From Octopus bimaculoides (Eukaryota), in the NCBI RefSeq assembly GCF_001194135.2, contig NC_068983.1, positions 78,080,931 through 78,113,675 of the forward strand: a stretch of 32,745 nt of DNA, given 5' to 3'. The position numbers and the translations under genes are program-made. This document shows positions 11,161 to 22,549 of this stretch, in pieces (positions within the stretch are counted from its first letter, which is position 1; every line of letters starts with the position of its first letter). The notes under the pieces were generated by a model. It worked only from the letters and a program-made list of their open reading frames with translations, was not told where the DNA came from and did not search any database.

Positions 11161-11665
11161 TAAGATGTGTGGACAAAGAAGCAAAATAGGAGGTAGTTTG
11201 ATGACAGCAGAAATGGCTGGGTGGGAGGCGTAATATTGTAAGCATTAGTAAATTAATGCAAGTAGATTCGCTCATATTACCAAGAGGAGACAGAGAGATT
11301 ATGGTAGAAAGACCAGAATGGTTGGCTAAAAGGAGCAAGAGAACGATGGACAAGGCAGTTTTATTGGTGTGGTGTAGGGAGGAGAGTAACCAGCAATAGC
11401 AAAGGTGGATAAAGGTAAGTGTAGCTGATGTGTGTGAAACAGAGGTGACCCAGAGAAGAGGGGGCTGAATTGCTAAGCAGCATTGAACATCTTGCAAGAA
11501 TTGTTGAAGAAGGCATCATTCAACTGATTGTTGTTTCTATAACAATCTATCAAGTAAGACTGGCACTTATCTTCAGTTACACATTCTAACAGATACAATG
11601 AAATGCTAGTAGCAGATGAATTTGATAATCTTTGAGTGACAAATATTTGGACGGGTAATGTCAAT
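11160..11665 (-). mobile_element. CR1/Jockey-group LINE fragment, RT C-terminus/3' region, heavily decayed
   Basis: Minus peptides VQIF...SSATSISLYLLECV and LSSLHHTNKTALSI resemble the CR1-type AQIRP...LLDRVQ and LQSLAHRRNVASLS segments; strand pyrimidine skew as at 8130-8640. Confidence 0.4.
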
Positions 11666-12179
11666 TGAATATTATTATCCTTTCTTATTTTAGTTACATA
11701 TTCAATCTCAGATTTGAATATGTAGTGGAAATAATGAGAATTTTAGCAAAACAAGAAAGGCTATGGGTAAAGGGAAATGAAGATTCAATATTTCTTTTCA
11801 TTTTCAGAATAGTGAAATGCATAATTATGTTGAAGTTATGAAAGTTATAACACAAAAACGTATAAAGTTAGAATTTAATGTGGCTAATCGATATTTTTCA
11901 TCAATCAGGAATACTAAGAAGTTAACATAACTCACAAGGATGGAGAAATTTATTTCATCATAAAATTGCTGGCAATGAGTAATTAGAGAGCCATTATATC
12001 TCCATAAATTGAATGAAGTAAACATTTCTCTTCTAACTAGCTAACATTTACAATTTGATAAAGTTCATGATAAAATATCATAAAAAGTGGGCTTATTTGT
12101 GGCCTCATTTCTTATACAGAATGTTAATCATAATTTTCATGGTTGCATAACATATAATTAAAAAGAGACTGAAAATTAG

Positions 12180-12490
12180 AAATATACACACACTCATAAA
12201 TACATGCACACATGCACATATATATATATATATATANNNNNNNNNNNNNNNNNNNNNNNNNNNNNNNNNNNNNNNNNNNNNNNNNNNNNNNNNNNNNNNN
12301 NNNNNNNNNNNNNNNNNNNNNNNNNNNNNNNNNNNNNNNNNNNNNNNNNNNNNNNNNNNNNNNNNNNNNNNNNNNNNNNNNNNNNATAGATAGATAGATA
12401 GATAGATAGATATAGATATATATACATACATGCATACATATATACATACATACACATACATACATACATACATACATACATACATACATA
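12180..12490. repeat. (CA/TA)n / N gap 12237-12385 / (GATA)n-(CATA)n
   Basis: Directly visible. Confidence 0.97.
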
Positions 12491-13026
12491 GTAAAATAAT
12501 GAAGGGAATGAGAAATAAGAAACCTTTTAACAATGCAGAATTTCTTTTTAAAACCTTTATATTTCAGGTGCAAAGGCCTATCTTCAGAAGAATACAGTCA
12601 AAGAAATGTGTATTTACATAGATCCTGCCATTTTGGATAGTCCAGTGCTTGTGCTAGTAGCAGAAGCATCTGAAATGCCATAGAAGTCATGTTGGGGACA
12701 ATAAAGACAGGCTGTAGGCTGGCAACAGTGGTGGTGAAGGCAGTATGTAGACATCATCCTCAAAAACTGCCTTTATCAACACTGCTACCAATCAACAGCC
12801 AGTCTTCATTCACAGCACCATATTGTATAAAGTTAAAATTTAGGGTTATGAAGAAGATTATTAAGAAGAATATTATAGCAAAAGGATAAAATTTCTTTGA
12901 ATACTTTTGAGTATATACCAAATTTTACCACATTTTACCATTTTAATCACCTTATTTTGAAACTGTATGGATTAAGCCGTACTAAATTCTGGTGGCAATA
13001 TTGTTTAAAATGGTTTTAGTACTTAC

Positions 13027-13115
13027 TTTATTTATCCCTTTCTTAAAGTGTTCGACCCTCCTGATCTTAGTATTTATAAGGGCCTTTATGTCAGTAACCC
13101 TTCTAATTAAGCACC
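13027..13115 (-). other. Candidate internal exon of an unidentified gene (89 nt)
   Basis: Minus acceptor TTATAATTACTTAG and donor AAA|GTAAGT; only one frame is open (CLIRRVTDIKALINTKIRRVEHFKKGINK). No recognisable homology. Confidence 0.25.
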
Positions 13116-13639
13116 CTAAGTAATTATAATATCATGTATGGATTAACACTAATAACTTTTAAAACCTATAATATACCTCTTAGTTTATAATTAGTATATA
13201 GTTAGCATGTCCTATAACATCAATATTCCTTTAGCTAATACCAGGTATCAATCTTTATTGATACAAGCTAAATAAGCACATACATATATACATACACACT
13301 CATATGTATATAAATATATATATATTAGATAAAGATAGTCATAGCTGCTCTATGGGGTTACCCAGAATTTCATGTCCATAAAGCATTTAGCTTTACAGGG
13401 TCTCTTTCAGATTTATGACTTACTGACGATATATATATTGATCTAAATTTGTTGGTAGTCTTGAGTTTCAAATGTGATGCTAGTCGTTAGCCATTTTGAA
13501 TTTGAAATTGGAAATTCAAATTCAAATTCGAAATGACTGTTGACTAGCAAGAGTATCAACGAATTTGAATCAAACTGTTTTAATCCATATATGTAACTCC
13601 AAATAAATTGGTTGATTGCCCTTCTTTCATTTGTCCTCT

Positions 13640-13741
13640 CACTCATATATACATACATACATATATATNNNNNNNNNNNNNNNNNNNNNNNNNNNNNNNN
13701 NNNNNNNNNNNNNNNNNNNNNNNNNNNNNNNNNNNNNNNNN

Positions 13742-13774
<33 letters not shown>

Positions 13775-13800
13775 CACATACACATACACTCACACATGTA
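13640..13800. repeat. (TA/CA)n with N gap 13669-13741
   Basis: Directly visible. Confidence 0.95.
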
Positions 13801-15263
13801 TACTTATATGTATGCATGTGTGCTTAACACTATAAAATCATTGACACTTATGTGCATGTGTTCTCCTTACAGCCATGGTGACAGTGGCACAATGATTATG
13901 ACTACAATAACAGTGACTCTGTGTATCAAATGATTGTTGATATCTGAGTATTTTGACAATCTCCTTGCAAGTATATTATTCTAACTCATATAAACAAGGT
14001 TACACATGATATCTAAAATATAAAACAGTTTTCTGAATGAAAATGTACATTGTTTGAATATTTAATAGATAAACACATATTGAAGAGTAAGAACACAAAC
14101 AAACAACTTTCAGAAAAATTTGAGTGTAGTCAGTCAAAGAATTTATTTAAAATCTGGAAATCAAGAAATCTGGTGATAGGCTATGCCAGCAGCAATTAGT
14201 CTATAGGGGAGTTCATAGAAGAGTTCAATAAGTTCAAATGCCATGAGGAGTGAAGAATCAAAGTATTGATTGCAAAGCTTTAATAAGTAAGGAAGGAAAA
14301 AGATTGAATGTCTCTTAATTGCTTTTCTTAACTGAAGAGGACAGCTATTGCAAAACATTAAACAAAAATAGAAATAATTGTTATGTTTGTTATAAATGAA
14401 ATAATAAAATAAAATTTTGAATATATCGTATTAAATCAATAGCAATGAATAGAATAGAAGAAATAATTACGAATCAACAATCTTTGCAAAATCTTGGAAA
14501 CAAATAATGTACAAAAAATTCAGCAAGCAAACACTGAATGCAGAGATTCAGATGCAAATAATTGCTACAATAAAAATGGCCTCAACTAGTAGTTAACGTA
14601 GATTTACTGGACCGTTAACCAAGTAACTAGAGGAACAAAGAGAGAGTAAAGAACTCATAAAGAAAATTGTCTCTACAACTCCATTGTTCATTATTTTCAT
14701 TTATATAATATAATTGCAAGTAAATAGTGCAATGACCATCCTGCCTTGTCAGGGTTCTAAAATGCAGCTCCTCCTCTGAAATAGAATTAGACAAGATAGT
14801 TAACCAAATTGCTTGAGCACTAATGTGTAATCTCTGAATCTTAATTTTTATCATAGTTTGTTGTGGTTTAGATCCAACTCATCTGTCATCAAAACAAATC
14901 TGTGAGTTATACCATACTAGTTATGACCACCCTACTTTTTGTTTTCTTTTAATTGTGTATAGTGCATTCACTATAACATTATTTGATGTGTCATTCAATT
15001 TTAGAAACAAATGATTGACCTAATAGAAGCTCTTTCATTTATTAGTCATTGGAGGTGAAGCAGTGACAAAAAGAGCAGGATCATAACAGTTTTATAGTAT
15101 TTATTTCTATCTTCCTACACCAATTCTGCCAGTGGGGGGGGGGGGTTTGCTATCATTACTCCAAAGACAGCATAACAATTACTGAACATACTTTGAGAAT
15201 TTATTGTTTCACTTTGTACAAATGTAAGGAACTCTTAGTCTTAACTATATTGTAATATTCCTC

Positions 15264-15478
15264 AAGTTAGCAAGCTGGCAGAAACATTAGAATGCTGGGC
15301 AAAATGCTTAGCAGCATTTGGTTCATCTTCATATTCTAAGTTCAAATGTCACTGATGTTGACTTTGACTTTAATCATTTCAGGGTAGGTAAAATAAGAAC
15401 CAGGTGAACACTGGGTCGATGTAATCAACTTAATCTCTCCCCAAAAGTGCTGGCCTTGTGCCAAAATTTGAAATCAAT
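15264..15478 (+). mobile_element. SINE family A
   Basis: GCAAGCTGGCAGAAAC...AGTTCAAATG...GACTTTGACTTTAATC...CTGGGTCGATGTAATC...CCAAAATTTGAAATC matches the other copies. Confidence 0.9.
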
Positions 15479-15525
15479 ATTGTAGTATTCCTCTGACTGG
15501 CATTAGGAACATCCTAAATAGAATT

Positions 15526-16111
15526 GGATCTTTTTTAAAACAGGGGCCACATTTTTCATTAACAAAACACTTTGAAACTTGGAACACTGGTAGAATGTGT
15601 CATATAAAACATTTTTTTCTCTTAGTCTTCTTAAAAAAAAAAGAAATCCATAAGTTATTCCATGTTAAAGTTGTCGTATTTCTGTAATTTCAACCAATCA
15701 CTGACGTCCATTCAGCTGATATACATTAAGTGCCGACTACATAAACAAACGATTCTGAAACAATTAACCCTAACCCTAACCCTAGGGTTAGGGTTAGGGT
15801 TAGGGTTAGGGTTAGGGTTAAAGCAAATTTAAAATGAAAAAAGCAAATAAAACGAGGGTATGGAGATTAAATACGCTTTACATCGCTTAATCAGCCAAAG
15901 GAGTAAATGTAAACAACTGAATACTTGTCAGTGATTGGTTGAAATTATCGAAATAAGACAATTTTTTACATGAAATAAATTCGAATACAAAAATATTTTC
16001 CTGTTCTATAACACAAAATAGATAAGTATATGAAGTTTGAAAGTCTTTCCGTACCAAAAACACTACGTAAAACATTAATGAAAAATGTGGCCCCCGTTTT
16101 AAAATAGATCC
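15526..16111. mobile_element. Non-autonomous DNA transposon (MITE), Merlin-like by its ends, with an internal telomeric palindrome
   Basis: TIRs: GGATCTTTTTTAAAACAGGGGCCACATTTTTCATTAA (from 15526) versus the reverse complement of the right end, GGATCTATTTTAAAACGGGGGCCACATTTTTCATTAA (2 mismatches in 37). Exact 8-bp TSD ATAGAATT at 15518-15525 and 16112-16119. Internal inverted repeat at 15678-15705 / 15927-15954. No ORF. Superfamily assignment is inferred from GG termini plus an 8-bp TSD. Confidence 0.92.
15764..15821. repeat. Inverted interstitial telomeric repeat (TAACCC)3-TA-(GGGTTA)6
   Basis: Directly visible; perfect spacer-less palindrome 15765-15802 with its axis at 15783/15784. Confidence 0.98.
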
Positions 16112-16154
16112 ATAGAATTCTCAATCATGTTTGAGTTCCAAGCTGCCACTGGTC

Positions 16155-16373
16155 TTTTTACCTTTTATCATTTACTTGTTTTAGTTATTAGACTGTGGCC
16201 ATGCTGGGGCAGAACCTTAAAGAATTCTAGTCAAATGAATTGATCCCAGTACTTATTTTATGCTTGGTACTTATTCTATCAATTTCTTTTGCTGAACCTC
16301 TAAGTCACAGGACATAAACACACCAGCACTAGTTGTCAAGCAGAGGTGACAAACATAGACCCAAAGCACATGG

Positions 16374-16418
<45 letters not shown>

Positions 16419-16598
16419 AGTAAAGAGAGTATATATATACACACACACACATACAATGGGCTTCTTTTTGCTGCTATCACAAGGTTTTGGTCACCCCAAG
16501 GTTATAGTAGAAGACACTTGTCCAAAGTGCCATGCACTGGAAATGAACCTTGTACCATCTTACTGGGAAACAAACTTTTCATGACACAGACACAGTTG
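16155..16598 (-). mobile_element. SINE family D (tRNA-like head, internal TA/TG microsatellite, conserved tail), decayed
   Basis: Aligns along its length to 31000-31367: ...GACTGTGGCCATGCTGGGGCA..., internal (TA)n at ~16376-16415, ...TATAGTAGAAGACACTTGTCCAAAG... Confidence 0.9.
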
Positions 16599-18568
16599 TC
16601 CCTAAGCGTTTAACCTTCATGTTGATCAGACCTATAATAGAAGGAATTTTATCCATGTCCATCTCATCATTTCAGAACTAGTGTATCTCAGGCTAATATT
16701 AAAATTTAAAGATGCAAGAATTTGAATTGAGAAAGAGTAGACTGCTATTTCTTGCAGGTCAAGTACTTAACTAAAGGATGTCTCTGTAGTTGTTTCCCTT
16801 GCTGCAAAGATTTACTCAAGATGTACAGGAATTCCATTTTCTCACACAGAAATCAAAATTTAAGCTGTATTTAGCATCAGTTTAGTTGTGTAGCATGGAA
16901 AAAATAATTTATCAAAACATTGATGTAATGTATAACATTTATGTAGTAGCAGATCACTTTAAATGGTAATTATTTGACCGCATGTAAACATGTGAGATTT
17001 AAATATTTGCAAATTATATGGCAAAGGGTGTGTACATATGAGATACTTAACTCCTTATAATCATGGAGAGATGTAAGAATATAGCAATGTGGATATTTAA
17101 GTGGAAATATATGAAGCGTTTATTGCTATGTAATCACAAGGTATTAGAGATATCAGCAGCTCAACCAACAAACTTCTTAATGTATTTGGTGCTTAAAGTA
17201 TTGGACCGATCAGATCATGTACAGTTAGCATTTCATTTGTCATTGGATATCTCACATTAATCACTGCTTTTGTGACACACAATCTGGAAAACGTTGTAAT
17301 TCTATATTAGAATAAAACGATTTCACTTAACAATCACCAGAAATGGCAGAAGTTTCCTTAGCTAGAATCTAAGTGCTAATGAATCTTACACTATCACACA
17401 AGTTCATCTCATAAATACATGTTAAATTTAAGAAAAGCTTCAGCAGGCTTGTAAAAGTGCATGATCTTCAGTAACGTTACAGAGAAAGGACATACTTTTG
17501 ACATTGTAAACATAACAATTGAAGGATTTGGAAGTTTAATTAGAATCCAAAATATCTTAACATGTTGTGTTTCATTTCATATTATGCTTACATATATATA
17601 TAATATACTTCGTGGCAGGAGGTGCAGATGAGGGCAGCTGCATCACACTCTCTCATGCACCAAATGTCAATTCCTGAAGTAAAATTCGGGAAGTAAAATT
17701 GTGTAGCAACACCAAATGGTGGTGCCCCAGCATGGCCACAGCTCATGAGCTGAAACTAGATAAAATGAAAATGAAATGCAATGAAAATATATATCTAATT
17801 ATGAATATTATTGCTTATATATCTCAGATTATAAAATTCTACAATCACAAATATTCTAAATAATATTCAACAGTGGGTGGTGGTGAAAGATTATCTTCCT
17901 GGCCATAACTTCAATAAATTCTCACATCCTGGTTGAATGCTATGTATCTTTTCTTATTCTCAACAAATTTAACCTACATTTCTCTTGAACCTAGTCGAAG
18001 TACATACACCTCTTCTTGACATTTCCATTGCTTTTTCTACTTAATCTCTGAACCAAATATCACTTCAGTGACAACGTCTATCCATGAGTTAGTTCATTAA
18101 CCTTCAACATTTTGCAATCTATATTAACTACATCAATTGTATTCATTCGTCCAAATTCAACTAGAAAAAAATCTCCAATATATTGCATGATGGTATTCTT
18201 CAAACATTCAATCAAAAATCAGAGCAAAGGAACTGTCTTATTCTGTTCTGCTTTGCAAATAATATCAATAGATTTGTCTAATATCAATTAATTTAGAATA
18301 TTAGGTGTATGAAGTATATATAAACCTGTATATACTTCCCATCTGCAGATATTTTCTAACTATTTGTTGTATAGGATGTGTACTTCGAGGCAATATTTGC
18401 ATGTTGGCTGTAGAAAAGTAAGCAATATAACCTCAAGGAACAGTCCATAGATCTAGGTTGCGTTATTTTCTTCTTTCCTTCTAAATGACATCTACTAGCA
18501 GAATCTCAACTACACAAGTACAGGGTGTCTAAATTCTCTGGTGTGTTGACATATTGTCAGCAGTTAGC

Positions 18569-18603
<35 letters not shown>

Positions 18604-18612
18604 TTATGTATA

Positions 18613-19450
18613 GGTGCAGATGTAGCTTTGTGGTATGAAATTTGCTTCTCAACCACATGGATCTGGATTCAGTCCCACTGCATGGTACCTTGGGCAAGTG
18701 TCTTCTGCAAGTGACTTGGTTGGGCCAATCAAAGCTTTGTGAGTGGATTCAGTAGAAAAAAGACTGAAAGAAACCTATCATATATATATATATATATATA
18801 TATANNNNNNNNNNNNNNNNNNNNNNNNNNNNNNNNNNNNNNNNNNNNNNNNNNNNNNNNNNNNNNNNNNNNNNNNNNNNNNNNNNNNNNNNNNNNNNNN
18901 NNNNNNNNNNNNNNNNNNNNNNNNNNNNNNNNNNNNNNNNNNNNNNNNNNNNNNNNNNNNNNNNNNNNNNNNNNNNNNNNNNNNNNNNNNNNNNNNNNNN
19001 NNNNNNNNNNNNNNNNNNNNNNNNNNNNNNNNNNNNNNNNNNNNNNNNNNNNNNNNNNNNNNNNNNNNNNNNNNNNNNNNNNNNNNNNNNNNNNNNNNNN
19101 NNNNNNNNNNNNNNNNNNNNNNNNNNNNNNNNNNNNNNNNNNNNNNNNNNNNNNNNNNNNNNNNNNNNNNNNNNNNNNNNNNNNNNNNNNNNNNNNNNNN
19201 NNNNNNNNNNNNNNNNNNNNNNNNNNNNNNNNNNNNNNNNNNNNNNNNNNNNNNNNNNNNNNNNNNNNNNNNNNNNNNNNNNNNNNNNNNNNNNNNNNNN
19301 NNNNNNNNNNNNNNNNNNNNNNNNNNNNNNNNNNNNNNNNNNNNNNNNNNNNNNNNNNNNNNNNNNNNNNNNNNNNNNNNNNNNNNNNNNNNNNNNNNNN
19401 NNNNNNNNNNNNNNNNNNNNNNNNNNNNNNNNNNNNNNNNNNNNNNNNNN

Positions 19451-19485
<35 letters not shown>
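18613..19485 (+). mobile_element. SINE family D head running into (TA)n, N gap 18805-19450 and (GT)n
   Basis: GGTGCAGATGTAGCTTTGTGGTA...TTCAGTCCCACTGCATGGTACCTTGGGCAAGTGTCTTC...GTGAGTGGATT...CTGAAAGAA; the tail is absent or lost in the gap. Confidence 0.85.
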
Positions 19486-19486
<1 letters not shown>

Positions 19487-20579
19487 CAAGCTAACTGCAA
19501 CAAGCTACACATCATGAAGTAAATGTAACCATTTTGTGGATAATTATTTCATATACAGAAGTTCTTGTAGGAGTTTCTTATTGTTGATTATTCTTGATCA
19601 TATCTCTTTGAACAAAACTGCAGCAAAGAGGTTACTCATCAAAGTTTCATTCAATCACTCTTGTAGCAGCTGCTTTTTGTTGTAAGCATGCATTTCCCAG
19701 TTTTAGAATTTAAATTAAGTGTTCTCCAATCTAAAAACAGTATAGAATTTTTTAATTTGCTGGAGGATATTTAGCTTATTATATTGATTACATTTTGGTA
19801 CTACACAGACTTGGCATCTTTGAGATGACGGTTCTAGTTATTCAATTGAAAACTACTTATTCTAATTCTCATGGAGCTTTTTTTTTCCAGATTTATTCCT
19901 TATTTTAGTAGATTGTAAATGCTTATTAGAGCGGTATACGTATGTCAGCATATATTGTTTCATTTAATGAATAGCATTACTTAGTATGCACATGTCATTA
20001 AATGGCAAAAGCTGATTAGATGACACTAATATAATTTCAATCAATCAACTTCCATGTTAAACCTATTACTTATTGACATTCTGCCCCATAACTAAATTTA
20101 CTTTGATGTCTTAAACTAATTAGAAACTAATCCTAACATTTAATTGCAAACTTGAAGTATGCAGCTTAGTTTTATTGTACAATCATCATAATCATGAAGG
20201 GAAAACAACAAGGAAAATAAAATAAATATGAACCTATATTTAGGAAGGTAAGTCTTTACAAAGACCATTAAAGTACAGATAAATACATAGTTGATCAAGT
20301 TCTCTGAGTTAACCCTTCGAGACCTGACAATTATAGAGCAGTGCTTAAAAAAACAAATCTGGATAAGCAAGCTCTCCAAACCAAATATTATATCTTAATT
20401 AGTCTTGGCTGAAGCTGGCATGTAAATAACGAAAGGGGAAATGATTGCATTCACAGAGGTTGTAACATAACTGAACAAGATTGTATTGATTACAGTTTGC
20501 TTGAAAAACATATTTAAGTGGGAGTACTTATAGTATGAGTTTGTATTACATCTATATATGTTAAACATATGAATGTTTG

Positions 20580-20653
20580 AGTGCATATACTCACACATGC
20601 ACACACATACATATATATACATGCATTTATGTACACACTCGTGAGTAAATATG

Positions 20654-20684
<31 letters not shown>

Positions 20685-21077
20685 NNNNNNNNNNNNNNNN
20701 NNNNNNNNNNNNNNNNNNNNNNNNNNNNNNNNNNNNNNNNNNNNNNNNNNNNNNNNNNNNNNNNNNNNNNNNNNNNNNNNNNNNNNNNNNNNNNNNNNNN
20801 NNNNNNNNNNNNNNNNNNNNNNNNNNNNNNNNNNNNNNNNNNNNNNNNNNNNNNNNNNNNNNNNNNNNNNNNNNNNNNNNNNNNNNNNNNNNNNNNNNNN
20901 NNNNNNNNNNNNNNNNNNNNNNNNNNNNNNNNNNNNNNNNNNNNNNNNNNNNNNNNNNNNNNNNNNNNNNNNNNNNNNNNNNNNNNNNNNNNNNNNNNNN
21001 NNNNNNNNNNNNNNNNNNNNNNNNNNNNNNNNNNNNNNNNNNNNNNNNNNNNNNNNNNNNNNNNNNNNNNNNNNNNN

Positions 21078-21150
<73 letters not shown>

Positions 21151-21338
21151 TTGTGTGTGTGTGTCTTTGTGTCTGCGTTTGTCCCCATAACTTAGCAGTT
21201 CAGTAAAAGAGCCCGATAGAATAAGCACCAAGCTTAAAACAAACGTAATAAGTCTTGCCGTAGATTTGTTTGACTAAAGGGTGGTGCTCCAGTATGGCTG
21301 TAGTCACATGACTGAGACAAGTAAAAGAATAAAAGAAT
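20580..21338 (+). mobile_element. (TA)n / N gap 20685-21077 / (TG)n followed by a SINE family D tail (21161-21338)
   Basis: ...GATAGAATAAGCACC...GACTAAAGGGTGGTGCTCCAGTATGGC...GACTGAGACAAGTAAAAGAATAAAAG is the reverse complement of 31000-31140. Confidence 0.85.
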
Positions 21339-21387
21339 ATATTTACACACAAACATACACACACATATATATATATATATGCATGAG

Positions 21388-21673
21388 AAGGTGGTGGTGG
21401 TGGTGGTGGTGGTGGTGATACTGATGGTGGCAGTGATGGCAGCAGCAGCAGTGGTGCTGGCAGTGGCGATGGTGAAGATGTTGGTTGTGGTAGCTGGAAG
21501 AGAAATTTTCTGAAAGCTCTTCTACAGTTCTTGTTGCTGTGTTGATTTTTTTCTGTAAGACTGAGAGCTCCAAGAAATAAAATGTAATAACAATAATAAT
21601 AACAACAACAACAGCAACAGCAATAACAACAACAACAACAACAACAACAACAATAATAATAATAATAATAATA
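21388..21673. repeat. (GGT/GCA)n array at 21388-21480 and (AAT/AAC)n array at 21585-21673
   Basis: Directly visible. Confidence 0.93.
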
Positions 21674-21674
21674 G

Positions 21675-21920
21675 GACCTTTTGAGTGGGATGAGCTACTC
21701 AACCTGAAGAAAATTCTAACTGGGCGCCACCTGCAAGGTCAAGCACTGTTTACCTTGATATGAGATCACAATGTCACACACATATGGTTGTGATGCATGT
21801 GCCTGGTGTACTGGTATGCCTTCATCAGACAGGTAGTCATGATGGGTATACTGGGCTTCGTATATTTTACCCCAGTGTCACTTTGATGGCATGTGTTGCT
21901 CTCTCACTCAGTAATAATGA
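21675..21920 (+). mobile_element. Second copy of the 553-1075 dispersed repeat, inserted next to (AAT)n
   Basis: Reverse complement matches 560-779. Confidence 0.8.
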
Positions 21921-21960
21921 TAGTTTGAAGTTTGGGCATGGGGGGATTATTAATATTATC

Positions 21961-22173
21961 AAGCAGTGAGATGGCAGAATCATTAACATGCCGGGCAAAA
22001 TGCTTAGTAACATTTCATCCATCTTAAAACTCTGAGTTAAAATTCCACAAAGATTGACTTTGCCTTTCATCCTTTAAGGTTCGATAAAATAAGTACCAGT
22101 TTGGTACTGGGGTCGAAGTAATCCACTCCCTCATTACCTCTAATGTGCTGGCCTTCTGCTAAAATTCGAAATC
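21961..22173 (+). mobile_element. SINE family A, left member of an inverted pair
   Basis: Near full-length; B-box-like GAGTTAAAATTCC and body GACTTTGCCTTTCATCCTTT...GATAAAATAAGTACCAG. Confidence 0.92.
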
Positions 22174-22194
22174 AGTAATAATAATAATAATAAT

Positions 22195-22403
22195 GGTTTG
22201 AAATTTTGCCATAAGGGCAGCCATTTTGTGGGGAGGGGATAAGGCAATTACATCGACCCCAGTGTTCAACTCGTACTTAATTTATCGGCCCTGGAAGGAT
22301 GAAAGGTAAAGTTGACTTCGGCAGAATTTGAACTCAGAACATAAAGACGGATGAAATGTCACTAAGCATTTTGCCCAGCATGCTAACAATTCTGCCAGCT
22401 CGC
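22195..22403 (-). mobile_element. SINE family A, right member of an inverted pair
   Basis: Reverse complement of 21961-22173, separated by ~21 nt of (TAA)n. Confidence 0.92.
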
Positions 22404-22408
22404 AATCT

Positions 22409-22437
22409 TAATAATAATAATGATGATGATGATGACG

Positions 22438-22479
<42 letters not shown>

Positions 22480-22549
22480 GCAAGGAGAAGAAGAAGAAGA
22501 AGAAGAAGAAGAAGAAGAAGAAGAAGAAGAAGAAGAAGAAGAAGAAGAA
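22409..22549. repeat. (AAT)n-(GAT)n-(AAT)n-(AAG)n compound microsatellite
   Basis: Directly visible; explains the poly-K/R/N ORFs. Confidence 0.98.

Noticed and set aside
11460-11590. Plus-strand IVEEGIIQLIV resembling an armadillo repeat, with a GTAAGA donor
   Set aside because: Lies antisense to the CR1-like fragment; short and closed by a stop.
12900-13250. AT-rich stretch superficially like a mitochondrial insertion (NUMT)
   Set aside because: No mitochondrial tRNA, rRNA or protein motif recognised.
15134-15145. G12 run as a functional G-quadruplex
   Set aside because: Isolated homopolymer with no supporting context.
15764-15821. Relic of a telomere-telomere chromosome fusion
   Set aside because: A fusion reads (TTAGGG)n-(CCCTAA)n; this is the opposite orientation and sits inside a TSD-flanked transposon.
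17950-18200. Possible plus-strand CR1 3' remnant
   Set aside because: Similarity too weak to distinguish from pyrimidine-rich background.
19940-20060. Cluster of TAAT/TGAT homeodomain-like sites as an enhancer
   Set aside because: Expected by chance in AT-rich DNA; needs cross-species conservation.
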